This document shows positions 10,881 to 20,350 of a stretch of 20,350 nucleotides of DNA, in pieces. The position numbers were made by a program, and so were the translations under genes. Below the pieces are notes generated by a model that did not search any database, was not told where the DNA came from, and saw only the letters and a program-made list of their open reading frames with translations. This DNA is from Squalus acanthias (taxonomy: Eukaryota): positions 496,001 through 516,350 of the forward strand of contig JASTWF010000345.1 of assembly GCA_030390025.1 (NCBI GenBank), read 5' to 3'. The stretch's first letter is position 1, and each line of letters starts with the position of its first letter.

Positions 10881-11428
10881 GGGCCGATTTTAACACCCGT
10901 CAAGGCCGTTTGGGCAGGGGGAGAGGTGGATGGACAAATGTCTGGCCCTCTGCAGTGTGATGCCAGGGAGATTTTAACTTCTGGGCCTCACATGCATAGG
11001 CCCCTTCAGTTTCCCACCCAAAAATGGTGCAAAGCAATAGTTGGCTGGCTGGCGGGCGAGGGTAGGATTTTGAGCGACTGGAGGCCACCACAAGGTATCC
11101 AAAGGAATGGTCCCGACACTCGAGTATGTGGTTGAGAGGGGAGCAGCAGAGCATCGGTTGAGGGGCACAAGGTATCTTTGTGGGGTTGCCCCTCCTGGCC
11201 CACAAGGAAACAAATAAAAAGCATCAAATTTAACTTTCTGGGCCTCATTTGCATCTGGCTCTTTGACGTCAGGTTGGCCCTGGCGGGGAAGCCACAATGG
11301 CTTCCCTTTGCCGGCCTTGGGTTAAAATTGCAATTGGGCCCCAATCTGCCCATTTAAGTGAAGGAGCCCAATGCTTTCCAATGGGCATCCTGTCACTTGG
11401 CCCAAAGAGTAGGTTAAGATTGCAACCC
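10881..11428. mobile_element. Probable old non-autonomous DNA transposon (Harbinger-like MITE)
   Basis: GC-rich island with TIR-like GGGCCGATTTTAAC at 10881 and degenerate inverse copies GTTAAAATTGCAATTGGGCCC (~11321) and GTTAAGATTGCAACCC (~11412). No coding motif and no clear TSD. Confidence 0.4.
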
Positions 11429-11494
11429 ATGGGAAGGCAGAAGGATCAGTGGGGTAAGTCTTCCTCCATTAATGACACTCACAAATATATCCAG

Positions 11495-12202
11495 ACATGA
11501 AATCAAGAGCTGAATGCCAGAGGAAAGGTGAGCAATAACTGCCCTAGTTACTAAGGTACTATTCAATAGAGTATGTCACCAAGAAGCCTTAGCACAACTG
11601 AAGTCAATGGGGTTCAAGGTGAAAACCCTCCAGTAGCTGGATTCATACCTGACATACAGGAAGATGGTCATGGTTATCAGAGACCAATAATTACAGCCCC
11701 AAGACATCACTGCAAGCGTTCCTCTGGGCAGCACTCTCTGCCGAACCACCTTTAGCTGCTGGTTCAATGACCTTCCCTTCAACATAAAGACAGGAATGGA
11801 GTTGTTGCTGACAATTCCACAGGTTTCAGTTCCAATCACAACTCCTTTGATAATGAAGCAACGTATACCACCTATAACAGGAGCTGGACAACATCCATGC
11901 TTGGGTTGAAAAGTGGCAGGTAAATTTACACCACAAAAGTGACCATCACCAATAAGAAAAAAATTAAAACACTTCCCTCTTCGTACCATTGCCGATTCCC
12001 ACACCATCATCATCTTGGGAATCACCAGCTTAACTAGATCAGCCATATCAACAACATGGCTACAAGAGCAGGGTGGAGACTGGATACTCTGACAAGTAGC
12101 CCAACTCCTGGCCCTTCAAAACCTCGCCACCATTTACAAGGTTCAAGTCAGGAGTGTGATGGAATACTCATCACTCGCCCGGATTTGATGGAGCCACAAC
12201 AA
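11495..12202 (+). mobile_element. Degraded CR1/L2-group LINE reverse transcriptase fragment
   Basis: Translates as QEALAQLKSMGFKVKTLQ*LDSYLTYRKMVMV...QDITASVPLGSTLCRTTFSCWFNDLP (a decayed GVPQGSVLGP..F..FINDL) and later TIYKVQVRSVMEYSSLA. Many stops and indels. Confidence 0.8.
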
Positions 12203-12204
12203 TA

Positions 12205-13140
12205 CGGTGGGTGGGGGATCATAGTTTGGGGACTTTTGACCAAAGTGCCACCATTAATCATGTAATTTCCATCAGAAGACTTGGTTGCAGAGGCCCTGGT
12301 CACTTTTACTAGGTGACTTGCAACAGTATTGGCCAACATAGATGGTTGGATCTGTACTGGTGGATGTTCAGAGCAGCACCCAGGCAATGGACGAGGCTCC
12401 AACTTTTTCGAATTAAGCCAGTAAAATTCACCTGGTAAGGGTGACTCTTTCCAATGGGCTTGACAAGAAGGATCAGGAGAGTCAAGCAGGTGCTCTGTAT
12501 TAGCTGGGTCGCCAGATTCCTTGTACAGTTGCAATAGTGCAGCACACTCTGTCTAGGCACAGCGTGTACAAAGGGCAAAAGCCACGAGAGATTGTGGATT
12601 TTGCAGCTTTACAGAAGGTGCCACAAAAGTGTTTATAAGCTTCTTCAATTGGGATGCTATGCCGTGGGATAATAACAATGATTCATTCAACGGTCTTTCC
12701 TGAAGTTCCGTCGGTATTTCCTTGCACTTTTGCTGAATGGTAGTTGCAGGCCAATATGGATAAGTGATGGTCAGTGTTGACTATGTAGAAAGTCATTGAA
12801 AACAGTGCATGATGCTGTTTGTGGGTGACTGTTGATTCATGTGTCCCAGCAGATGTCAGGGGAATAGTTTTGATCTCATCTCGCTAATTTAGGGTCATGG
12901 ATCAAGGCAAGGTCATTTCTAGATGCCCAACTTTATAACTGATCACCATCTTCATTGAATTGTGAGTAAACCCAGTCTGTATGGTGGCTATTAAAGTCAC
13001 CAACGTAGATAGTTGGGTGAGAAAGAGATGGGAGTAGGTTGTTTCCCCAGGTTTCATTTGCTGGCTTATAAACGTTCGTAATCTTGAAACCACCAAACTG
13101 TGTAACATCACAATGATTAGTGGTGTGCAGATATCATGAA
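12205..13140 (-). mobile_element. Non-LTR retrotransposon fragment with APE endonuclease, Ingi/Vingi-like (I group)
   Basis: Minus frame: DVTQFGGFKITNVYKPANETWGNNLLPSLSHPTIYVGDFNSHHTDWVYS...W*DQNYSPDICW-like...FNDFLHSQH*PSLIHIGLQLP. GDFNSHH lies at 12981-13001. Downstream linker fragments: EEAYKHFCGTFCKAAKSTISRG, QLYKESGDPANTEHLLDS, RKSWSLVHCLGAA. Clade assignment is from recall. Confidence 0.75.
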
Positions 13141-13206
13141 ATCAGATCCTTTTGTTCTCATGTATTCATGTACAGTTGCAAATATCAGACATGTTCAAAG
13201 TGGACA

Positions 13207-13431
13207 AAAACAAAATACTGCAGCTGCTGGAAATCTGAAATAAAGACAGAAAATGCTGGAAATACCTGCAGGCAGCACCTGCGGAGAGAGAAACAGAGTT
13301 AATGTTGCAGGTCGATGACCTTTCATCTGAACATTCTGATGGAACTTCATTGACTTGAAACGTTAACTCTGCTTCTCTCCATCCGGATGCTGCCTGACCT
13401 GCTGAGTGTTCCCAGCTCTTTCTGTTTTTAT
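13207..13431. repeat. Palindromic Penelope-like (pseudo-LTR-derived) repeat
   Basis: The left arm ATAAAGACAGAAAATGCTGGAAA...GGCAGCACCTGCGGAGAGAGAAACAGAGTTAATGTT is mirrored by the right arm AACGTTAACTCTGCTTCTCTCCATCCGGATGCTGCC...CCCAGCTCTTTCTGTTTTTAT, centred near 13332. It resembles an abundant shark repeat; Penelope assignment is from recall. Confidence 0.7.
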
Positions 13432-13872
13432 GTACAAAGTGGAAGTTGGTGTTAAAATAAACAGATTTCAATGGGCCTCGATTTGGACATGATCAAGAAC
13501 AAAGGAAGAGCAGTACACAAAGATCGTAACTCTAAACAGTACTGTTCTACAACCTCAAATTAGATATAAAAGTGACAATACTGATTTGGAGATCCATACA
13601 AAAACATTTTATAAGTTTTGCAGTTGGAGGCAGGTCCCTCATGCAAAATGATGAGTAATGCTCCAGACTATTAATTAAACAGTAACACATTGAAAGGCAA
13701 GAACTATCTCAGGAATATAATATGTATCTTCATCCTTTCCCAATAGGAAAAACTAGTCCATTAAACACATCCGCCAACATAAGACATCACATTATTAGCA
13801 TTCAAAGGCACAGTAAATATTTGATCAAAAAGTTGTATCATGAAGGAATGGTAAGGCCTCTCACACTTTAAC

Positions 13873-14137
13873 CTTGTAACAATGCAATGAAGTAATCACG
13901 CTTACATTCATGGTATGCAGCAGGATGCTTTATGTAATTAACATCTCTTAAATCTGTCAAAAACTCATTTTGCATGTACTTCTTCCATTTGTGATAATAT
14001 ACACTGATGCACATTTCTTCATTCCTCACAAATAAGTCTTCCAATGCCAAATAATTGCAATGGTTCCACCCAGTAAATGAAAACAATGGCCTATCCCAGT
14101 AACAACATTCCATCATATCTGTTAGACTGTGTTCTTT
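13873..14137 (-). CDS. Candidate coding exon of an unidentified gene
   Basis: About 88 open codons in AT-rich unique sequence (KEHSLTDMMECCYWDRPLFSFTGWNHCNYLALEDLFVRNEEMCISVYYHKWKKYMQNEFLTDLRDVNYIKHPAAYHECKRDYFIALLQ). Possible acceptor TTTCTATAG and weak donor AAG|GTTAAA. Protein not recognised. Confidence 0.3.
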
Positions 14138-14889
14138 CTATAGAAACTTTAACAGAAATGTTAATGTAAGCAATGATGTACCTGGAATAAAGCCAGATGT
14201 CTCACTAGCCAATGCCAAAAATTTTGACAGACAATAATTAATTAAAATTTATGATTTTTTTTTAACTGAAAAATATTTTTTGTGGTCAATGTCAGGTGAT
14301 TTCTAGCAGCAGTGTCATTAGATATACTGGTATCAGAGTACAGATCAAGGTGAGGAACAACAGAGGAGAAGTGGCATGGGATTGTGCAGTGACTGATATA
14401 GTTGTGGATAGGTTTGATCAAAGAAAATACAGTTTTCCCTCCACTTTCAAACTGGAATTCACACTATGTTGTGCAAAAATAGCAGTCCTTTCCATGTTTT
14501 AATTAATTTCAAACACAATTTAGTACTATTTGTGCTAAATGAAAACCAACACAAATTCCAAGTTCCACCACAACCCACCTCCTTTTATCTCCTTCTCCCA
14601 TCCCTCCATCCTAATCTCCGAGACCATGACCTAGATTTTCCTCCATGGAGGTTATTTTGCTGGAAACACATTGGGGCAGAACTTCTGCCTGCCAGTATGA
14701 CTCCACTTTGACCATGTCCTATTTTGCTTTCTCAGGTTCATTATATTCAGGGCAGACTCTATTGGGAACTCAGCATGCCTTGGCTGGGGGGTGGAGCAAA
14801 ACCAGCTCTACAGCAGCTTAAAGGGACAGGCTACCAATGTAATAGCAGGGAGCAAGGTATCTGAAGAGTGCCTGCAAAAAGCAAGTTTG

Positions 14890-15115
14890 CAGATGTTGCA
14901 GCATAGCCCACAGTCTCCTTTACACAGATGTTATTGGTCCAAATCAGGGAAAGGAGGGAGCAGCTATTTGGGACTGAGGGAAGGAAGTCAACCAAAGGAA
15001 TGGTTCAGGTAGAGTGGAAGGAGGCGGCCTTAACAATAATTTTCACCTCCAGCAATCCAATATAGCAATGCCACGCCAGAAGAAGTTCAACGACCTCATC
15101 GGACTAGTCAAAGAA
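14890..15115 (+). pseudogene. Highly decayed Harbinger-type Myb/SANT-like relic
   Basis: GRKSTKGMVQVEWKEAALTIIFTSSNPI*QC, then after a frameshift QKKFNDLIGLVK. This fits the W...A......S.....QC.KKFNDL pattern of Myb/SANT-like domains. Confidence 0.5.
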
Positions 15116-15550
15116 AGCAGAGACAGTTACACCTTGCAACAATGCAATTCACATTTGCAGCTAATGGGCCCGTGCTGTGTTGGTTACCATCTACAACTAC
15201 CAAAAATATGCACGGTACTGAAGCCCTTCACATCCACTTTCTTCCCCTGAAAATGTTATTCCTCTCTCAGCCCAACGTGAAAGGAAGTTGTAAATGCCTC
15301 ACAATACATAGTTTTTTGTTTCGTACATTATCATTTCCAAAATTGTTAGGAGAAATTTCTTTACACAGAGGACATGGAATGCATTGCCACAGGGTGTGGT
15401 TGAGGCAGAGTCCCCGTGAATTTTGATTCCCACCCGCAGGCAGCGACGTTATTCTTGCCGGCTTCAGGGTTGGGAAATGCTAATGAGGCCAGAGAGTTAA
15501 GATCTCCCAGGACTCACGCTCCGGAGCAGGACAGTTATCCAAGGCTTACC

Positions 15551-15800
15551 AGGGGAGTGGGGAGGTAGGAGGGAAGAGTAGGGAAAGGGAGGGGATGGAG
15601 TAAGGGAAGAGAAGTAGGAGGAATGGGAGAAGGAGGAGATGGGAGAGTGTGGTGGAGGAGAAAGGGAGAGGGAAGGGATTGGAGGAGGAGCGAGGGGGGG
15701 GGGAAGGAGAGAGGAGGACGATGGCAGGACAAGAAGGGTAGGCTAGAAGAGTGGAGGGGCGAAGACATGGGAGTGAGGGGTGGAAATGAGAGAAAATGTG
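15551..15800 (+). repeat. Purine-rich (G/A) low-complexity tract
   Basis: About 250 bp dominated by GGA/GGGA/GAG runs with few pyrimidines. Confidence 0.85.
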
Positions 15801-18800
15801 AGCTGTCTTGTTAAGGTCACAGAAGTCTAATTTACTGTAAATAGGCAGATTCTGATGCAATGTTAATTGCTATTGGTTAGGAAATGCTTGCAAATTGGCA
15901 ACTCCAGTTCTCAATATAAAATTACTGCCTTTCTTTCTTTTGTACTTTTGACATTTTGAAGTGTGACATCTGTGGCTTATATAGCCAAATAACCAGAATA
16001 TCTGGACTGTACAATTTTATTTTTTAAAGCATTCCTTATATCATATTGAAACTTTTAATTTCAAACAGTCGCTCATAATAACCTTAGATTGATTTTGGTT
16101 GGAGAAATAAATTTGCATACAAAACGTGCAATCCCTAAGCCAGCTAAAGTAATCTGTTGAAAGGGTAAAAGTATGTTTCTTAAAGAATCGGGATAAGTGT
16201 TATTTAATTACCTTTGTACTGGTAGCAGGGGCACGAATTCCTCAGTGTTTGTGGTTCAAAAAACTTTTGCCGTGACTGTTGCTTCTCCCATAAACCCTTG
16301 AACTGTCACCGATCTCAGCCTGTAGCTTCACAGTGGGCACGGCGAAAACAGAAGACACTGGTGATAAAGAAAAACACGCAGGTCAAAATAGCAACATCAC
16401 TGAAATACATGGGTATAAAAATGATTTACTTAGCCTAATTCAGAATTGGAATCAGCAACTAGTCAATCCAGTTTTTCCAATGATGTCATCACCACTCCTG
16501 GCTTCAATATGGTGAGGATCCCTCAGGTTCAGAATAATTTGATGTTTCAATTAGAATCAATTTTCATGGGAAATGCAATTTACGTCACCTTGTCACTCAT
16601 CTGTAATGTCATAATGACTCTTGGCTCTTCCCGAACCAGAAATATTTACCCCAAAACGACCAAAATCCTGCAAGATATTTATCTCAGCAATGATATTGAA
16701 AGCCACATTTCCGATCAACAGCAGCCTCGGTTTTTTATTGTAATAAACTATGGAAGCACCTGGCTTCTTGCAAGATTTACTTTCTAATCATTTTCTACAT
16801 CATTTAAAATATGGGCTTAAAACCCTCAATTTTTCTTCCGTAAATATTTTGGTCTATTTCACATTTAAAAAAATAACTCGCACATCAGCATCCTTCGCTG
16901 TGGAGCGATAGGATGGTTCATGCCTGTGAACCTTCACACTGTGAGCTGCTGATTTCAGTCAGGCTGCTTGGGGGAGGATTCAAGCAGAGGCAAAGAACTT
17001 CCCCAGTGGGAGGAGCAGAAAACAGTTACCATCCACCATTCTTATTTACCTCAAAAGCATGCTGACAACAGAAGTCAGCTCCTATCAGCCTTCTTAGTTA
17101 GGGAGTGACAAGTGGTGTTCGTTGGAAAGCAGGGGTGGCAAAGAGAACAGAGAGTTCGATTTCAGGTTAAAGCAAATTGCATCTCCTTTTTGAAGACACA
17201 AAGTGGTTATTGAAGATAACTATGACATGCTTATGTAAATTGTAACTATCATGTACTCCACGGCCGATTATGTTAGCATGACTTATACTAAAATAGTTTA
17301 AAAAAATTCTAGGACAGAAATACTGTAAAAGAAGGTGGATGGTAAAAATCATTCTATGTGCAGTGAAGTAGATAATATCATAATCAAATACAGAAATAAT
17401 TTGGCATTTGGATAGTTAAATGTGGTCAAGTTTCATTTTTTTTGCTGTAATTATCTACAGGAAGCAGAATGTTACTTCACGACATCTAAACATTTCTCTA
17501 GGCATGTAGCACTGCTTTTATTTAAAAATATGTAGATTTTCATCTTTGGTCTGGTCTTCAAAAGGATTTGCATCAGTCACTGTTTAGAGCTCCACACGGA
17601 CTCGTTCTGGAAATGAATATCACCTTACAGTTATGCTTGTGCAAATAACCTGCTGAGCGCTGATAAAAGGATTAATACAGCAAAATTCTTAATATGGAAA
17701 ATAACAAATTAAATTCTTATATTAAAATTACCACCCTTGAGGTATTTTCGTTCCCAATTTTAATTCCCCTCTGGTGTTCTGCATAGATTGTGTCAGTTAA
17801 TGATTGGAACAAGCGTTTCTCTGCTGGCAGCCTGTTACAGTGTGATAATATGGGGGCATTTAAAAAAATATATATATTATATATTGACAGATCCGGATTT
17901 AGCCACATTATAATAACGAACTGGTAACTGTGTAATAAGTCCAAATTAGCAGAGACGTCCCACTACAGTATTCAAAATGCGTGGGGCCCCATGAGTTTAT
18001 CGAAATCCTGGCCGTTCCTAAATGTCCCCCCTGAGAGAAGAGGATTGAGATGTCACCACACAGCATGGATTTGGTCAATGTCTTTTACCCAGTAAGAAGT
18101 GAAAGTCTGATGCCTCTCACTATCATTGTTATGTACGAGTGAAACACTTCAGCTTGAATGCCAATTATCAATATAGCTGTTTATCTGAGCTATATAACAC
18201 AATCCCTATTGATGCCAAGTATTAAGCTAGCCAAAATAACAAAATAGAAAAGCTTGTTTCACCACACTAATGGAACCTTAATTATGTTAATCATACTGGT
18301 TAGAACAATTTGTAATTTCTGTATAATATTAAAGCATTCTAAACAGTCTAGAATGCATCTAACTATACACAGGTATCCTCATATGCATAAATAGATATAT
18401 AAATATAATTTGTAACCAGCAGCTAGCACAATAGACATCGAGACAAAAGAGTAAAATTGTAAATGGTCATAATTGTATATAAAATAAAATGAGGGATGAA
18501 TAATGCATTCTAATACGTTAATGTAAATGCTGATTCTATTTATTATTTTAAAATTTACAGATGATTTAGGCTGGTTCTGATTATTATTACTGACATTCAG
18601 AGTACTGGCATTCAGTGCACAAATGAGTCCCAAAAATCTGCAAGATGGCACATCTTGGTGTAAATGTTTAGCCCCAACTTGTGTCACTGACTGTGCCAAA
18701 ATTAGTGGGGTCAGAGGGAGGTCATACAATGCATCGCTTTAGGAGGCTAGGGGTTCATTTGGAATGTTCTTTTCTGCCAAAGAGACCATAAAGTCTGGTG

Positions 18801-18849
18801 AATACAATTTTATGACTTTTTACAATACACAGCAAGTTATAAAAATAAT

Positions 18850-19345
18850 GGCCCAAAAATTCGGCCCTTCCCGGGTGAGTACACAGTCCGTACTCACCCG
18901 TATTGCTTCCCAAAGTGCTGGTTTCCTGCATGCACTGCGCATGCGCGGGAAACCGGAACTTCCGGTATGGTGAAGGGGGCGGTTCCTAGGTGAACCGCGT
19001 GCGCACTAGAGGCTGCGCGCACGCAGCACACTTAGATTTTTTTTCAGGTTTCTACGCGAGGGTAAGTATTGAAGATACTACGCTAATGAAAAGGAGGCGC
19101 AGGACCCGTTTTGAACAAGGTAAGTGGTTAATTAAGTATAATTTAAAAAAAAATTCAACAGGTTTATCTTTTTTAGATACTTTAAAGAAAGGTAAGTTTA
19201 TTTTTATAACTTATGAAAAGTATTTCAATTTTTTCAAAAATTTAAATTTTTGTTTAAAGTGGTTAATTTATTTAACTATAGTTATTTTATAAATGTGATG
19301 GTTTTTAAAAAATTTATTTTAAGTTTAGCTGTTCTTTTGGGGCCG
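18850..19345. mobile_element. CpG-rich, palindrome-dense young element; probably the left end of a non-autonomous DNA transposon
   Basis: Abrupt switch from AT-rich to CpG-rich sequence at GGCCCAAAAATTCGGCC, a Harbinger-like TIR start. Several inverted repeats and an AT-rich interior follow, leading into the tandem array. The matching end is not convincingly seen. Confidence 0.5.
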
Positions 19346-19360
19346 ATTTCAATTCACAGA

Positions 19361-20350
19361 TTGCGTTTCGCTCCCTCCCCCCCTCTCCTTTGCGTCGCTC
19401 CCCCCCTCTCCTTTGCGTCGCTCCCCCCCTCTCCTTTGCGTCGCTCCCCCCCTCTCCTTTGCGTCGCTCCCCCCCTCTCCTTTGCGTCGCTCCCCCCTCT
19501 CTCCTTTGCGTCGCTCCCCCCCCCTCTCCTTTGCGTCGCTCCCCCCCTCTCCTTTGCGTCGCTCCCCCCCTCTCCTTTGCGTCGCTCCCCCCCTCTCCTT
19601 TGCGTCGCTCCCCCCCTCTCCTTTGCGTCGCTCTCCCTCTCCTTTGCGTCGCCCTCCCTCTCCTTTGCGTCGCCCTCCCTCTCCTTTGCGTACGCCCTCC
19701 CTCTCCTTTGCGTCGCCCTCCCTCTCCTTTGCGTCGCTCTCTCTCTAGTTTGCGTTTCTCTGTAGTTTGCGTCGCTCTCTCTCTCTCTAGTTTGCGTTTC
19801 TCTCTCTCTAGTTTGCGTTTCTCTGTAGTTTGCGTAGCTCTCTCAAGTTTGCGTTTCACTCTCACTAGTTTGCGTTTCTCACTCTCTCTAGTTTGCGTTT
19901 CTCTCTCTCTAGTTTGCGTTTCTCTGTAGTTTGCGTCGCTCTCTCTCTCTCTCTAGTTTGCGTTTCTCTCTCTCTAGTTTGCGTTTCTCTGTAGTTTGCG
20001 TTTCTCTGTAGTTTGCGTAGCTCTCTCAAGTTTGCGTTTCACTCTCACTAGTTTGCGTTTCTCACTCTCTAGTTTGCGTTTCTCTCTCTCTAGTTTGCGT
20101 TTCTCTCTCTCTAGTTTGCGTTTCTCTGTAGTTTGCGTCACTCTCTCTCTCTCTAGTTTGCGTTTCTCTCTCTCTAGTTTGCGTTTCTCTGTAGTTTGCG
20201 TTTCTCTGTAGTTTGTGTTGCTCTCTCAAGTTTGCGTTTCACTCACTAGTTTGCATTTCTCACTCTCTCTCTAGTTTGCGTTTCTCTCTCTCTAGTTTGC
20301 GTTTCTCTGTAGTTTGCGTTGCTCTCTCAAGTTTGCGTTTCTCTCTCTCT
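19361..20350. repeat. Minisatellite/tandem array with invariant TTTGCGT core
   Basis: 19361-19740 has ~22-25 bp units CTCCTTTGCGTCGCT(C)nT. 19740-20350 has ~16-26 bp units TAGTTTGCGTTT(CT)n and variants. The array continues past the window end. Confidence 0.97.

Noticed and set aside
10900..11500. Cluster of 67-115 aa ORFs
   Set aside because: GC-rich repeat-derived sequence with few stops and no protein motif recognised.
15535..15860. Pro/Ser/Leu-rich and Gly/Arg-rich ORFs
   Set aside because: Products of the purine-rich low-complexity tract.
19250..20211. Long ORFs (111-183 aa) on both strands
   Set aside because: They are translations of the tandem repeat (LLCVAPP, LSFAS, RRGGE), open only because the units lack stops.
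19361..20350. CRISPR-like repeat/spacer appearance
   Set aside because: The spacers are C or CT slippage tracts rather than unique sequences, there are no cas genes, and the context is eukaryotic.

Overview
Eukaryotic, repeat-rich, mostly AT-rich intergenic or intronic DNA. The repeat families look vertebrate and most resemble cartilaginous fish (shark) repeats; this is recognition from memory, not a search. No complete intact host gene is visible. The clearest feature is a ~2.4 kb PIF/Harbinger DNA transposon (6371-8776). It has 16-bp terminal inverted repeats, a truncated Myb/SANT-like gene (+) and a frameshifted HARBI1-like DDE transposase (-), and it sits between the A and B boxes of a tRNA-derived Deu-type SINE. 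The window also holds nested CR1 fragments, an L2 3' end that shares its tail with the SINE, and a degraded CR1/L2-group RT fragment. Next to that RT fragment lie an Ingi/Vingi-like APE endonuclease relic and a Penelope-like palindrome whose arms carry decayed hammerhead-like cores. Further along are a second ancient Myb-like relic, a CpG-rich palindrome-dense element, and a TTTGCGT-core tandem array that runs off the window end. A few candidate exons are flagged with low confidence. I do not see convincing evidence of a wholly new biological system; the most interesting signals are transposon biology.
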